A DNA stretch of 58,233 nt from Acidimicrobiales bacterium. Its GTDB lineage: Bacteria; Actinomycetota; Acidimicrobiia; Acidimicrobiales; AC-9. Of this stretch, positions 12,368 to 20,820 are shown piece after piece (the stretch's first letter is position 1; every line of letters begins with the position of its first letter). Both the position numbers and the translations under genes were made by a program. Location of the stretch: assembly GCA_051984395.1 (NCBI GenBank), contig JBPYEZ010000063.1, forward strand, positions 1 to 58,233, given 5' to 3'. The notes under the pieces were generated by a model. The model did no database searches. It had not been told where the DNA came from and saw only the letters and a program-made list of their open reading frames with translations.

Positions 12368-13303
12368 ATGGATCCTGATGGCGTCAGGGCGGCCCTCGCC
12401 GCTCACGAGTACCTGGCCGACGAGGGCCTGGCGACCGCCGTGTACCTGGCCGTGGCGTTGCGCCGGCCCCTCCTGCTCGAAGGCGAGGCCGGGGTGGGCA
12501 AGACGGAGGTCGCCAAGGTGCTCTCGCGCTGGACGGGCGGGGAGCTGGTCAGGCTGCAGTGCTACGAGGGGATCGACGTGGCCCAGGCGGTGTACGAGTG
12601 GGACTACTCGCGCCAGCTCCTGCACCTGCGCACGGCGGAGGTGCGGGGAGCCGCCGGCGGCGAGCCCCTCGGGCCGGACCTCGAGGACGAGTTGTACTCC
12701 GAGCGCTTCCTGGTGCGCAGGCCGCTGCTGCAGGCCATCGCCCCGGCGCGCCTGCGATCGGGCGGTGCCGAGGCCGCCCCCGATCGACCACCACCGGTGC
12801 TGCTCATCGACGAGATCGACCGGGCCGACGACGAGTTCGAGGCCTTCCTGCTGGAGATCCTGTCGGACTACGCGGTGACGGTGCCCGAGCTGGGCACGTT
12901 CCGGGCGGAGACGCCACCGGTGGTCGTCATCACGTCGAACCGGACCAGGGACGTGCACGACGCCCTGAAGCGACGCTGTCTCTACCACTGGGTCGAGCAC
13001 CCGGACTTCGAGCGGGAGGTCGCCATCGTGAGGCTTCGGGCACCAGGGGTGGCCGAGGTACTGGCGGAGCAGGTCGCGGCCGCCGCCGAGCAGCTGCGGG
13101 AGATGGGGCTGTACAAGCCGCCGGGCGTGGCCGAGACCATCGACTGGGCCCAGGCGCTGGCCGCCCTCGGCCGGTCCAAGCTCGACGAGCACGCCGTCGG
13201 CCTCACCCTGGGAAGCGTGCTCAAGTACCGAGAGGACGCCGAGCGGGTTCGCTCGGGGGGCATGGGCGACCTGGTGCGGGCCGCCGCCACCCGGGGGGCG
13301 TGA
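12368..13303 (+). CDS. MoxR-family AAA+ ATPase (CoxD-like)
   Basis: Walker A is LLLEGEAGVGKT and Walker B is LLIDEIDRAD; the tail is MoxR-type. Confidence 0.9.
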   Translation: MDPDGVRAALAAHEYLADEGLATAVYLAVALRRPLLLEGEAGVGKTEVAKVLSRWTGGELVRLQCYEGIDVAQAVYEWDYSRQLLHLRTAEVRGAAGGEPLGPDLEDELYSERFLVRRPLLQAIAPARLRSGGAEAAPDRPPPVLLIDEIDRADDEFEAFLLEILSDYAVTVPELGTFRAETPPVVVITSNRTRDVHDALKRRCLYHWVEHPDFEREVAIVRLRAPGVAEVLAEQVAAAAEQLREMGLYKPPGVAETIDWAQALAALGRSKLDEHAVGLTLGSVLKYREDAERVRSGGMGDLVRAAATRGA

Positions 13304-13307
13304 CTTA

Positions 13308-14441
13308 GTGATGGAGAGCGCGGCGCCGGCCACGGCCGGCGAAGGCGACCGGATCGCGGTCGCCTTCGCCCATGTCCTGCGGGGAGTGGGGCTGGACGTG
13401 CCGGTCGGGTCGGTCGTCAGCTTCGCTCAGGCCCTCGGCGCCGTGGGGCTGCGAGAGCGGCGCCGCGCCTACTGGGCGGGGCGGGCGACGCTCGTCACCA
13501 GGCCCGAGGATCTGTCGACCTACGACCGGGCGTTCGCCGCCTTCTGGCTGGGCGAGGCGAGCCCAACGCAGTCGCCGCCCGAGGTCGCTCCCCTGACCAT
13601 CGTGACCGACGACGCCCCGGAGGACGCGCCCTCGCCGCCGGAGGCCGCCGAGCCGCCGGGTGCGACCGTGGCCGTTCGCTACAGCCCGACAGAGGTCTTG
13701 CGCCACAAGGACTTCGCCGCCTGCTCGCCCGGCGAGCTGGCCGAGGCCCGCCGGCTCATGTCCGACCTCCGGGTGCGCGCCGCGCTCCGCCGATCCCGCC
13801 GGTTGGAGCCGACCCGCCGGGCCCGCGGGCGCCCAGATCTGCGCCGAACCGTCCGCGGCGCGCTGCGAGCGGGCGGCGAGCCGGTGCGGCGGGCCCATCT
13901 CGAGTCGGGGCGCCGGCCCCGCCGGGTCGTCCTCCTCTGCGACGTGAGCGGGTCGATGGAGCCCTACGCCCGGGTCCTGGTTCGGTTCCTCCACGCCGCC
14001 GTGGCCGGAGGGTCGCGGGTCGAGGCCTTCGCTGTCGGCACCCGGCTCACGCGCCTGACCCGCCAGCTCTCGGGACGTGACGCCGATGCCGCCCTGCGCC
14101 AGGCGGCGGCCGCCGTCGTCGATTGGTCCGGGGGGACGCGGCTGGGTGCGGGGCTCCGGGCCTTCAACGACCGTTGGGGTGTCCGTGGCGTCGCCCGCGG
14201 CGCGGTGGTGGTGATTCTCTCCGACGGCTGGGACCGGGGAGACCCTGCCGTCCTCGCCGAGGAGATGGCCCGGCTGCGCCGGGTGGCGCACCGAGTGGTC
14301 TGGGTCAATCCGCTCAAGGCCTCGCCGGGGTACGCCCCCCTGGCCCGGGGGATGGCGGCGGCGTTGCCCTATGTTGACGAGTTCGTGGAAGGTCATTCGG
14401 TGGCTTCGCTGGAGAACCTCGTGGATGTGGTCGCGCGATGA
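13308..14441 (+). CDS. VWA domain protein (CoxE-like)
   Basis: The MIDAS-type motif is VVLLCDVSGSM. C-terminal ILSDGWDRGDP and VVWVNP are typical of the CoxE family. Confidence 0.85.
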   Translation: MMESAAPATAGEGDRIAVAFAHVLRGVGLDVPVGSVVSFAQALGAVGLRERRRAYWAGRATLVTRPEDLSTYDRAFAAFWLGEASPTQSPPEVAPLTIVTDDAPEDAPSPPEAAEPPGATVAVRYSPTEVLRHKDFAACSPGELAEARRLMSDLRVRAALRRSRRLEPTRRARGRPDLRRTVRGALRAGGEPVRRAHLESGRRPRRVVLLCDVSGSMEPYARVLVRFLHAAVAGGSRVEAFAVGTRLTRLTRQLSGRDADAALRQAAAAVVDWSGGTRLGAGLRAFNDRWGVRGVARGAVVVILSDGWDRGDPAVLAEEMARLRRVAHRVVWVNPLKASPGYAPLARGMAAALPYVDEFVEGHSVASLENLVDVVAR

Positions 14442-14755
14442 GAGACGTGTTGGGCGACATCGAGCGGTGGCGGGGTTCGGGACGACGGGTGGCGCTGGCG
14501 CGCGTCATCGGCGTGGAGGGATCAGGACCGCGCGGGCCCGGGGCGGCCATGGCGGTGAGCGAGGACGGCGAGGTGGCCGGCTCGGTGTCAGGCGGGTGCG
14601 TCGAGGGTGCGGTGGTGACCGAGGCCCTGGACGTGCTCGGGGGTGACGGCCGAGCACGCGTGCGCACGTACGGCTACTCCGACGACGAGGCCTTCGCCGT
14701 GGGCCTCACCTGCGGGGGCACGATCCACGTCCTGGTGGAGCCGCTCGACTGGTGA
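14438..14755 (+). CDS. XdhC/CoxI-family N-terminal-domain-only protein
   Basis: 105 aa. It reads ALARVIGVEGSGPRGPGAAMAV...GSVSGGCVE...TCGGTIHVLVEPL. Confidence 0.75.
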   Translation: MRDVLGDIERWRGSGRRVALARVIGVEGSGPRGPGAAMAVSEDGEVAGSVSGGCVEGAVVTEALDVLGGDGRARVRTYGYSDDEAFAVGLTCGGTIHVLVEPLDW

Positions 14756-15642
14756 GCCTCTACGAGACGCTCCGCGACGCGCTGCGGGCCGAGGAGCCGG
14801 TGGCGTTGGCGACGATCGTGGAGGTGGCCGCCCTGGGTACGGAAAGCGACGCGGGACCGGAGCTCACGGTCGGCGCCAAGCTCCTCGTGCGGCCCGACCT
14901 CCCGCCGCTCGGGTCGCTCGGGGACGAGGCCCTGGACCGGGTCGTGGCTCGGGACGCACTCGGTGCCCTGTCGGCGGCGCGCACGTCCACCCGTCACTAC
15001 GGTCGTCATGGCGAGGCGCGCCAGCGCGACGTCGGCATCTTCGTGGAGGCGTTCGCTCCGCCTCCGAGCATGGTGATCTTCGGCGCCGTGGATTTCACCG
15101 CCGCCCTGGCCCGGGTGGCCAAGCTGCTCGGCTACCGCGTGACGGTGTGCGACGCCCGGGCCGTCTTCGCCACCCCGGCCCGGTTCCCGATGGCGGACGA
15201 GGTGGTGGTGGACTGGCCGGACCGCCACCTGACCAAGATCGGCGGAGGACTGGGCCCGCGAGACGCGGTCTGCGTGCTCACTCATGACCCCAAGTTCGAC
15301 GTCCCCGCCCTGATGGCCGCGCTGGCCACCGACGCCGGCTACGTCGGCGCCATGGGCTCGAGGCGCACCCACGACGAGCGGGTCCAACGGCTGCGGGAGG
15401 CGGGTGTCTCCGACGAGCATCTGGCCCGGGTGATGAGCCCCATCGGCCTCGACATCGGAGCCCGCACACCCGAGGAGACGGCCATCTCGGTGGCGGCGGA
15501 GATCATCGGCCTGCGAACCGGGCGCGGGGCACCTTCGCTGCGCGACGCTGAGGGTCCGATCCATCCACGGCCGGCCCTGGAGGCCGGTCCCGAGGGCACG
15601 GACGCGGCCACGCGCGCGAGGGCCCCGGCTGGGACAGACTGA
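14752..15642 (+). CDS. XdhC-family molybdenum cofactor insertion chaperone (N-domain plus Rossmann domain)
   Basis: GTGA overlap with the previous ORF. It reads ALATIVEV...GAKLLV...GSLG, then MVIFGAVDFTAALARVAKLLGYRVTVCDAR and HDPKFD. Confidence 0.85.
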   Translation: MSLYETLRDALRAEEPVALATIVEVAALGTESDAGPELTVGAKLLVRPDLPPLGSLGDEALDRVVARDALGALSAARTSTRHYGRHGEARQRDVGIFVEAFAPPPSMVIFGAVDFTAALARVAKLLGYRVTVCDARAVFATPARFPMADEVVVDWPDRHLTKIGGGLGPRDAVCVLTHDPKFDVPALMAALATDAGYVGAMGSRRTHDERVQRLREAGVSDEHLARVMSPIGLDIGARTPEETAISVAAEIIGLRTGRGAPSLRDAEGPIHPRPALEAGPEGTDAATRARAPAGTD

Positions 15643-15646
15643 GACC

Positions 15647-16939
15647 ATGGAGCAGCCACCACCCGACGACGGTTATCCGGTCGTGCGCATCTCCGACGCC
15701 GACCGAAGTCGGGCCGTCGAGCTCCTCAGGGGCCACACCACGGAGGGACGCCTCACCCTCGACGAGTTCTCCGAGCGGGTCGGGCTCGTGTTCGGCGCCC
15801 GCACCCAGGCCGACCTCCAGGAGGTCATGGCCGACCTGCCTGCGGTGCAGGCACCGGTGCCCGAGACTGCCCGCCGTCCGGCGAAGGGATGGACGGTCGC
15901 CATCATGAGCGGCTCCCGCCGCACGGGCCGGTGGCGCCCCAGGACCCACACCAAGGCGGTGGCGTTCATGGGTGGCTGCGAGCTGGACCTGCGTCAGGCG
16001 GAGATCGACGGTCCGGAGATCGTTATCACCGCCGTGGCTTTCTGGGGTGGGATCGACATCATTGTCCCCGAGGGCATCGAGGTGGACCTGACCGGCGTGC
16101 CCATCATGGGAGGCAAGGATCTCAAGATCCGGGACGTGGCCCCGACGCCGGGGGCGCCGCGCGTTCGAGTGCGGGCGTTCCCGATCATGGGCGGGGTCAC
16201 CGTACGCAACAAGGGCCTGAAGGAGAAGGTCCGGAGCATGGTCGAGAGTGGCGACGTCGCGGGCGCGCTGGGTGCCGCCTTCGAGGCGCGCGACCTGTCG
16301 CACCATGCACGGAGGCACGCTCACCGGGAAGCCCACAGCCGCCGCCGGTCGGAGCGCCGCTCTGGCAGATGGCCCGACGACGGTGAGGCCGACACCGTCA
16401 CCGAGCCCGAGGAGCTGCCCACCGCGCCCGACGGCACGGTGACGATCCTGTTCAGCGACATCGCCGGTTACACGCCCATGACCGAACGGCTCGGCGACCT
16501 CAAGGCCGGCGAGCTGCTCGACGCCCACAACAAGGTCGTGCGCAGCCAGCTGGCGGCCCACGGCGGCTACGAGGTCAAGGCCCAGGGCGACGGCTTCATG
16601 GTCGCGTTCGCCGGGGCCGGTCGGGCCCTGCGCTGTGCCATCGCCATCCAGCGGGCCTTCGCCGAGCGAAACGCCACCGTGCCGGCCGAGCCCATCGACG
16701 TCCACCTGGGGCTGCACACCGGCGAGGCCGTGCGCCAGGGCGACGACTTCCTGGGCCGGACGGTGATCATGGCCAGCCGTATCACCGCCGAGGCCCGGGC
16801 CGGGGAGATCCTCGTCTCCAGCCTGATCCACGAGCTGGCCGCCAGCTCGGGCGAGTTCTCCTTCGAGGAGCCTCGGCGCACCGAGCTCAAGGGCATCGCC
16901 GCGCCGCAGGTCCTCTACCCCGTCACCTGGTCCTCCTGA
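15647..16939 (+). CDS. DUF1707 domain / LiaF-C-like beta region / class III adenylate-guanylate cyclase fusion
   Basis: The N-terminus RISDADRSRAVELLRGHTTEGRLTLDEFSERV is DUF1707. The middle reads FMGGCELDLRQAEIDG...FWGGIDIIVPEG. The C-terminal cyclase motifs are TILFSDIAGYT, GDGFMVAF, LHTGEA and GRTVIMASRI. Confidence 0.85.
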   Translation: MEQPPPDDGYPVVRISDADRSRAVELLRGHTTEGRLTLDEFSERVGLVFGARTQADLQEVMADLPAVQAPVPETARRPAKGWTVAIMSGSRRTGRWRPRTHTKAVAFMGGCELDLRQAEIDGPEIVITAVAFWGGIDIIVPEGIEVDLTGVPIMGGKDLKIRDVAPTPGAPRVRVRAFPIMGGVTVRNKGLKEKVRSMVESGDVAGALGAAFEARDLSHHARRHAHREAHSRRRSERRSGRWPDDGEADTVTEPEELPTAPDGTVTILFSDIAGYTPMTERLGDLKAGELLDAHNKVVRSQLAAHGGYEVKAQGDGFMVAFAGAGRALRCAIAIQRAFAERNATVPAEPIDVHLGLHTGEAVRQGDDFLGRTVIMASRITAEARAGEILVSSLIHELAASSGEFSFEEPRRTELKGIAAPQVLYPVTWSS

Positions 16940-16956
16940 GCGGTCGCAGCCGGACC

Positions 16957-17517
16957 ATGACGACGGCCGCCGTGCTCCTGGCCGCGGGCGGCGGCAGCCG
17001 CTTCGCCCGACCGACGGCCAAGCTGCTGGCGCCGTTTCGTGACCGGCCACTGCTGTCGTGGGCGGTCGACGCCGCCATGGGCGCCGGCCTCGACGAGATG
17101 GTGGTGGTGACCGGGGCAGTGGATCTCGGCGCCGTGCTTCCCCCCGACATCACGCTGCTCCGGAACGAGGCGTGGGCGTCCGGCCTGGCCAGCTCCCTGC
17201 GGGTGGGGCTGGACTGGTGCGATCGCCAGGGTCACGGCGCCGCGGTGGTCGGCCTCGGCGACCAGCCCCTCGTCCCCGTCGAGGCGTGGCGGAACGTCGC
17301 CACCTCCACCGGTGCCCCGATCGTCGTGGCGACCTACTCCGGACGGCGCCGCAACCCCGTGAAGCTCGACCGCTCGGTGTGGGCCCTGGTCCCGGTCACG
17401 GGCGACGAGGGCGCGCGGGCGGTGATGGGCAGTCAGCCGGCGTTGGTCTGCGAGGTAGCGTGCCCGGGGGATCCAGCCGATGTCGACACGGTGGAGGATC
17501 TGAGACTGTGGAGCTGA
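16957..17517 (+). CDS. MobA/MocA-like nucleotidyltransferase (molybdenum cofactor cytidylyltransferase-like)
   Basis: Motifs are AVLLAAGGGSRF...KLLAPF and GLGDQP. Confidence 0.8.
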   Translation: MTTAAVLLAAGGGSRFARPTAKLLAPFRDRPLLSWAVDAAMGAGLDEMVVVTGAVDLGAVLPPDITLLRNEAWASGLASSLRVGLDWCDRQGHGAAVVGLGDQPLVPVEAWRNVATSTGAPIVVATYSGRRRNPVKLDRSVWALVPVTGDEGARAVMGSQPALVCEVACPGDPADVDTVEDLRLWS

Positions 17518-18287
17518 CCAACGAGTTCACCGTAGGTGTCCCGACCGAGCAGGCCTGGGCCCTCCTGACCGACGTGGAGCGGATCGCACCCTGCATGCCC
17601 GGGGCGGAGCTCCAGGAGGTCCAGGGGGACGAGTACCGCGGCGTGGTCAAGGTGAAGGTCGGGCCCATCACGGCGCAGTACAAGGGCAAGGCCAGCTTCG
17701 TCGAACGCGACGTCCCCGGGCTGCGGGCCGTGCTGCGGGCCGAGGGCCGGGAGACGCGGGGCCAGGGCAACGCCAGCACCACGATCAGCGCGTCGCTGCA
17801 CCCCGACGCCGGTGGTACCCGGGTCTCCATCGTCACCGACCTGGCGGTGACGGGCCGGGTCGCCCAGTTCGGCCGCGGCGTGCTCGCCGACGTGAGCACC
17901 AAGCTGCTCGGACAGTTCGTCGACTGTCTCGAGACCACCGTCCTGGGCCGGGTGGAGGCCGCGGACGAATCGCCCCTGGCCGCTTCCGAGCCGCCCGGGG
18001 GACCGTCGCCGGCGGTCGAGGTGGAGGTCGCCGAGGCGCCCCCGGCTGGCGGGGCGGCCGGCGGGAACGACCAGACTGCGGGCCCGATCACCAACGGCGC
18101 CCCCGCCACGCCAGCGACCGACGGCGCCGGGCAGCCGACCGTCCGCCGCACCGAGGGTGCGCCGGTGGAGCCGGTCGATCTCATCGGCGTCGCCGGAGGG
18201 TCGGTGGCCCGTCGGGCCGCGCCCGTCGGCGTCGTCGCCGTCCTGGCCATCGTCGCCATCGTGGTCCGCCGGCGCCGACGACGGTGA
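17508..18287 (+). CDS. SRPBCC/CoxG-family protein with a C-terminal Ala/Pro-rich linker and TM anchor
   Basis: GTG at 17508, in frame with ORF 17058..18287. CoxG-like sequence is FTVGVPTEQAWALLTDVERIAPCMPG...GPITAQYKGKASF...LAVTGRVAQFGRGV. The C-terminus is VGVVAVLAIVAIVVRRRRRR. Confidence 0.8.
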   Translation: MELTNEFTVGVPTEQAWALLTDVERIAPCMPGAELQEVQGDEYRGVVKVKVGPITAQYKGKASFVERDVPGLRAVLRAEGRETRGQGNASTTISASLHPDAGGTRVSIVTDLAVTGRVAQFGRGVLADVSTKLLGQFVDCLETTVLGRVEAADESPLAASEPPGGPSPAVEVEVAEAPPAGGAAGGNDQTAGPITNGAPATPATDGAGQPTVRRTEGAPVEPVDLIGVAGGSVARRAAPVGVVAVLAIVAIVVRRRRRR

Positions 18288-19687
18288 CCACCGACGACCG
18301 GCAGGCCGTGGCCGTCCAGCTCGGCCACCCGCCCCGGGGTCGCTTCGAGGTGGTTGTACGCGATACGAAGGGCGAGCCCACGGTCATTCGCAACGAGCCA
18401 TTCCTCGATGACGGGACCCCCATGCCGACTCGATGGTGGCTCGTGGCCCCCCGCCTGCGGGCATCGGTCGACCGTCTCGAGGCCGCCGGCGGCGTCAAGG
18501 CGGCGGAGGCGGCGGTGGATTCCGATGAGCTGGCCGCCGCTCACGCACGCTACGCCGCCGAGCGAGATGCAGCCGTGCCCGCCGGCCACCGTGGACCCCG
18601 TCCGGCGGGCGGCGTCGGAGGAACCGCCCGGGGGGTGAAGTGCCTACATGCCCACCTGGCATGGTTCCTGGCCGGAGGCGACGACCCCGTCGGGCGCTGG
18701 GTGGTCGCCCGACTCGATGCGACCGCCTCTCGAGCGGGTCCCGTGGCGGCCATCGACTGCGGCACGAACTCGACCCGGCTCCTCGTGGCGGATGCCGACG
18801 GGCGCCCGCTCGAGCGGCTGATGCGGATCACGAGACTCGGCGAGGGGGTCGACGCAGCCGGTCGACTGGATCCTCGCGCCATCTCCCGGACGGTTGCGGT
18901 GCTCCGCGAGTACCGCGACGTCATGGAGCGCCACGACGTCGTCGAGGCGCGGGCCACGGCCACGTCGGCCGCTCGCGACGCCGCCAACCGCGACCAGCTG
19001 TTCGCCGACGCCGAGCAGGCTCTCGGGGTGCCGCTGGAGCTCCTCTCCGGCGAGGCCGAGGGGCGACTTTCCTTCTCGGGCGCCACCGCCGAGCTCGATC
19101 CCCACGACGGCCCCTATCTCGTGGTCGACATCGGTGGCGGCTCCACGGAGCTCGTCACGGCGCCCGTCCCCGGCCCGAGCGACGTGAGTCGCAACGGTGT
19201 CGTCGCGACCCCTTCGATGAGCGTCGTGTCGGTCGATCTCGGATGCGTCCGGGTCACCGAGCGCTTCCTGCGCCACGACCCTCCGCTGCCGGCGGAGCTC
19301 GAGGAGGCCGTCGACGCCGTCCATTCCGGTCTCGACGCCGCTGTGGCCGAGCAGCCGGCGATCACCGAGGCGGCCCGGCTGGTGGGCCTGGCCGGAACGG
19401 TCACGACACTCTCCGCCATCGACCAGGGGCTCGCCAGCAACAGTGGCGAGCGCATCCATCACTCGGTCCTGACTCGACCGCGCGTCGAGGGGCTCCTCGA
19501 CGTGCTCTCCGGCGAGAACAGGGACGAACGCCTGCGGCGCCCCGGCCTGGAGGAGGCGCGGGCAGACGTGATCGTCGGCGGCACGGTGGTGCTGGCGACG
19601 CTGATGCGCCAGCTGGCGTTCGAGTCGTGTCTCGTGTCGGAGGCCGACATCCTCGACGGGCTCGTCCTGAGCCAGCTGTGGTCCTGA
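18284..19687 (+). CDS. ppx: DUF501 domain fused to a Ppx/GppA-family exopolyphosphatase
   Basis: The N-terminal ~130 aa (PTVIRNEPFLDDGTPMPTRWWLV...KCLHAHLAW) is DUF501. It is followed by VAAIDCGTNSTRLLVAD and VVDIGGGSTEL, the Ppx/GppA ASKHA fold. Confidence 0.85.
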   Translation: MTTDDRQAVAVQLGHPPRGRFEVVVRDTKGEPTVIRNEPFLDDGTPMPTRWWLVAPRLRASVDRLEAAGGVKAAEAAVDSDELAAAHARYAAERDAAVPAGHRGPRPAGGVGGTARGVKCLHAHLAWFLAGGDDPVGRWVVARLDATASRAGPVAAIDCGTNSTRLLVADADGRPLERLMRITRLGEGVDAAGRLDPRAISRTVAVLREYRDVMERHDVVEARATATSAARDAANRDQLFADAEQALGVPLELLSGEAEGRLSFSGATAELDPHDGPYLVVDIGGGSTELVTAPVPGPSDVSRNGVVATPSMSVVSVDLGCVRVTERFLRHDPPLPAELEEAVDAVHSGLDAAVAEQPAITEAARLVGLAGTVTTLSAIDQGLASNSGERIHHSVLTRPRVEGLLDVLSGENRDERLRRPGLEEARADVIVGGTVVLATLMRQLAFESCLVSEADILDGLVLSQLWS

Positions 19688-19722
19688 GGACGGGCTCCCG
19701 GGTCGTCAGTAGAGTGCCGGGG

Positions 19723-20820
19723 ATGCCCCTTTCCGAGCGCATCCTCATGGGTCCGGGGCCCTCGAACCTCTATCCCGAGGTGACGGCTGCGCTCGGGCAA
19801 CCGCTGCTCGGCCACCTCGATCCTGCGTTCCTCGCCGTGCTGGACGGGACGTGTGATCGACTGCGAGCGGTCTTTCGTTCCGCCGGCGCCTTGACACTGC
19901 CGATCAGTGGTACGGGCTCGGCCGGGATGGAGGCGGCGTTCGTCAATCTCGTGGAGGCCGGTGATCCCGTCGTCGTCGGGGTGAACGGCTTGTTCGGAGA
20001 GCGCATGTGCGACGTGGCCGGCCGGTGCGGAGCCGAGGTCATCCGCGTCGAAGCAGCGTGGGGGGAGCCGATCGAGCCCGACCGCCTGATCGCCGCCCAC
20101 CGCTCACCCAAGATCATCGCCGTCGTGCACGCCGAGACCTCGACCGGGGTGCGTAACGACGTCGAGCCGCTTGGACCGGCCAAGGGCGACGCCCTTCTCC
20201 TGGTCGACTGTGTGACGTCGCTCGGCGGCATCCCGGTCGACGCTGACGCCTGGGGCATCGACGTGGCCTACAGCGCCACCCAGAAGTGCCTCGGCGTTCC
20301 TCCTGGCCTGGCGCCGCTCACGGTCAGCGACCGGGCGCGGGCCTGCCTGCTCGATCGACCACGGTCGTGGTACCTCGACCTGGGCATGCTCGCGGACTAC
20401 ATGGAGGCCGGTGGCGGACGCCGGTACCACCACACGGTCCCGGTGCCGATGATCGTTGCCCTGCACGCCGGTCTCGGGGTGCTGCTCGAGGAAGGGCTGG
20501 AGTCGTCGTGGGCCCGCCACCGCGAGTGCGGCCGCCAGCTGCAGGATGGCCTCCAGAAGCTCGGCTTCGAGCTCCTGGCCGCCGACACCCACCGCCTTCC
20601 CGAGCTGACCACGGCGTGGGTCCCCGACAGTGTGCTGCCACGAGGTCTGACCGAGTCCGCCGTCCGGGCCACGCTGCTCGACCGCTACGGGATCGAGATC
20701 GGCGGTGGGGTTGGGCCCCATGCCGGCCGGGCGTGGCGCATCGGCTGCATGGGGCACACCGCCCGCCCGCGCAACGTCACCCTGCTGCTCGCCGCCCTGG
20801 GCGAGGTGCTGGGCCGATGA
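19723..20820 (+). CDS. class V aminotransferase (alanine-glyoxylate / serine-pyruvate aminotransferase-like)
   Basis: ATG at 19723. It reads LMGPGPSNLYPEV and LLVDCVTSLGG...DVAYSATQKCLG, which contains the PLP lysine context. Confidence 0.85.
   Translation: MPLSERILMGPGPSNLYPEVTAALGQPLLGHLDPAFLAVLDGTCDRLRAVFRSAGALTLPISGTGSAGMEAAFVNLVEAGDPVVVGVNGLFGERMCDVAGRCGAEVIRVEAAWGEPIEPDRLIAAHRSPKIIAVVHAETSTGVRNDVEPLGPAKGDALLLVDCVTSLGGIPVDADAWGIDVAYSATQKCLGVPPGLAPLTVSDRARACLLDRPRSWYLDLGMLADYMEAGGGRRYHHTVPVPMIVALHAGLGVLLEEGLESSWARHRECGRQLQDGLQKLGFELLAADTHRLPELTTAWVPDSVLPRGLTESAVRATLLDRYGIEIGGGVGPHAGRAWRIGCMGHTARPRNVTLLLAALGEVLGR

Noticed and set aside
14438-15642. The two adjacent XdhC ORFs might be one frameshifted pseudogene.
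   Set aside because: The second ORF has its own complete N-terminal XdhC/CoxI domain plus the Rossmann domain. The first is a stand-alone N-domain paralogue, and the junction is a clean GTGA overlap.
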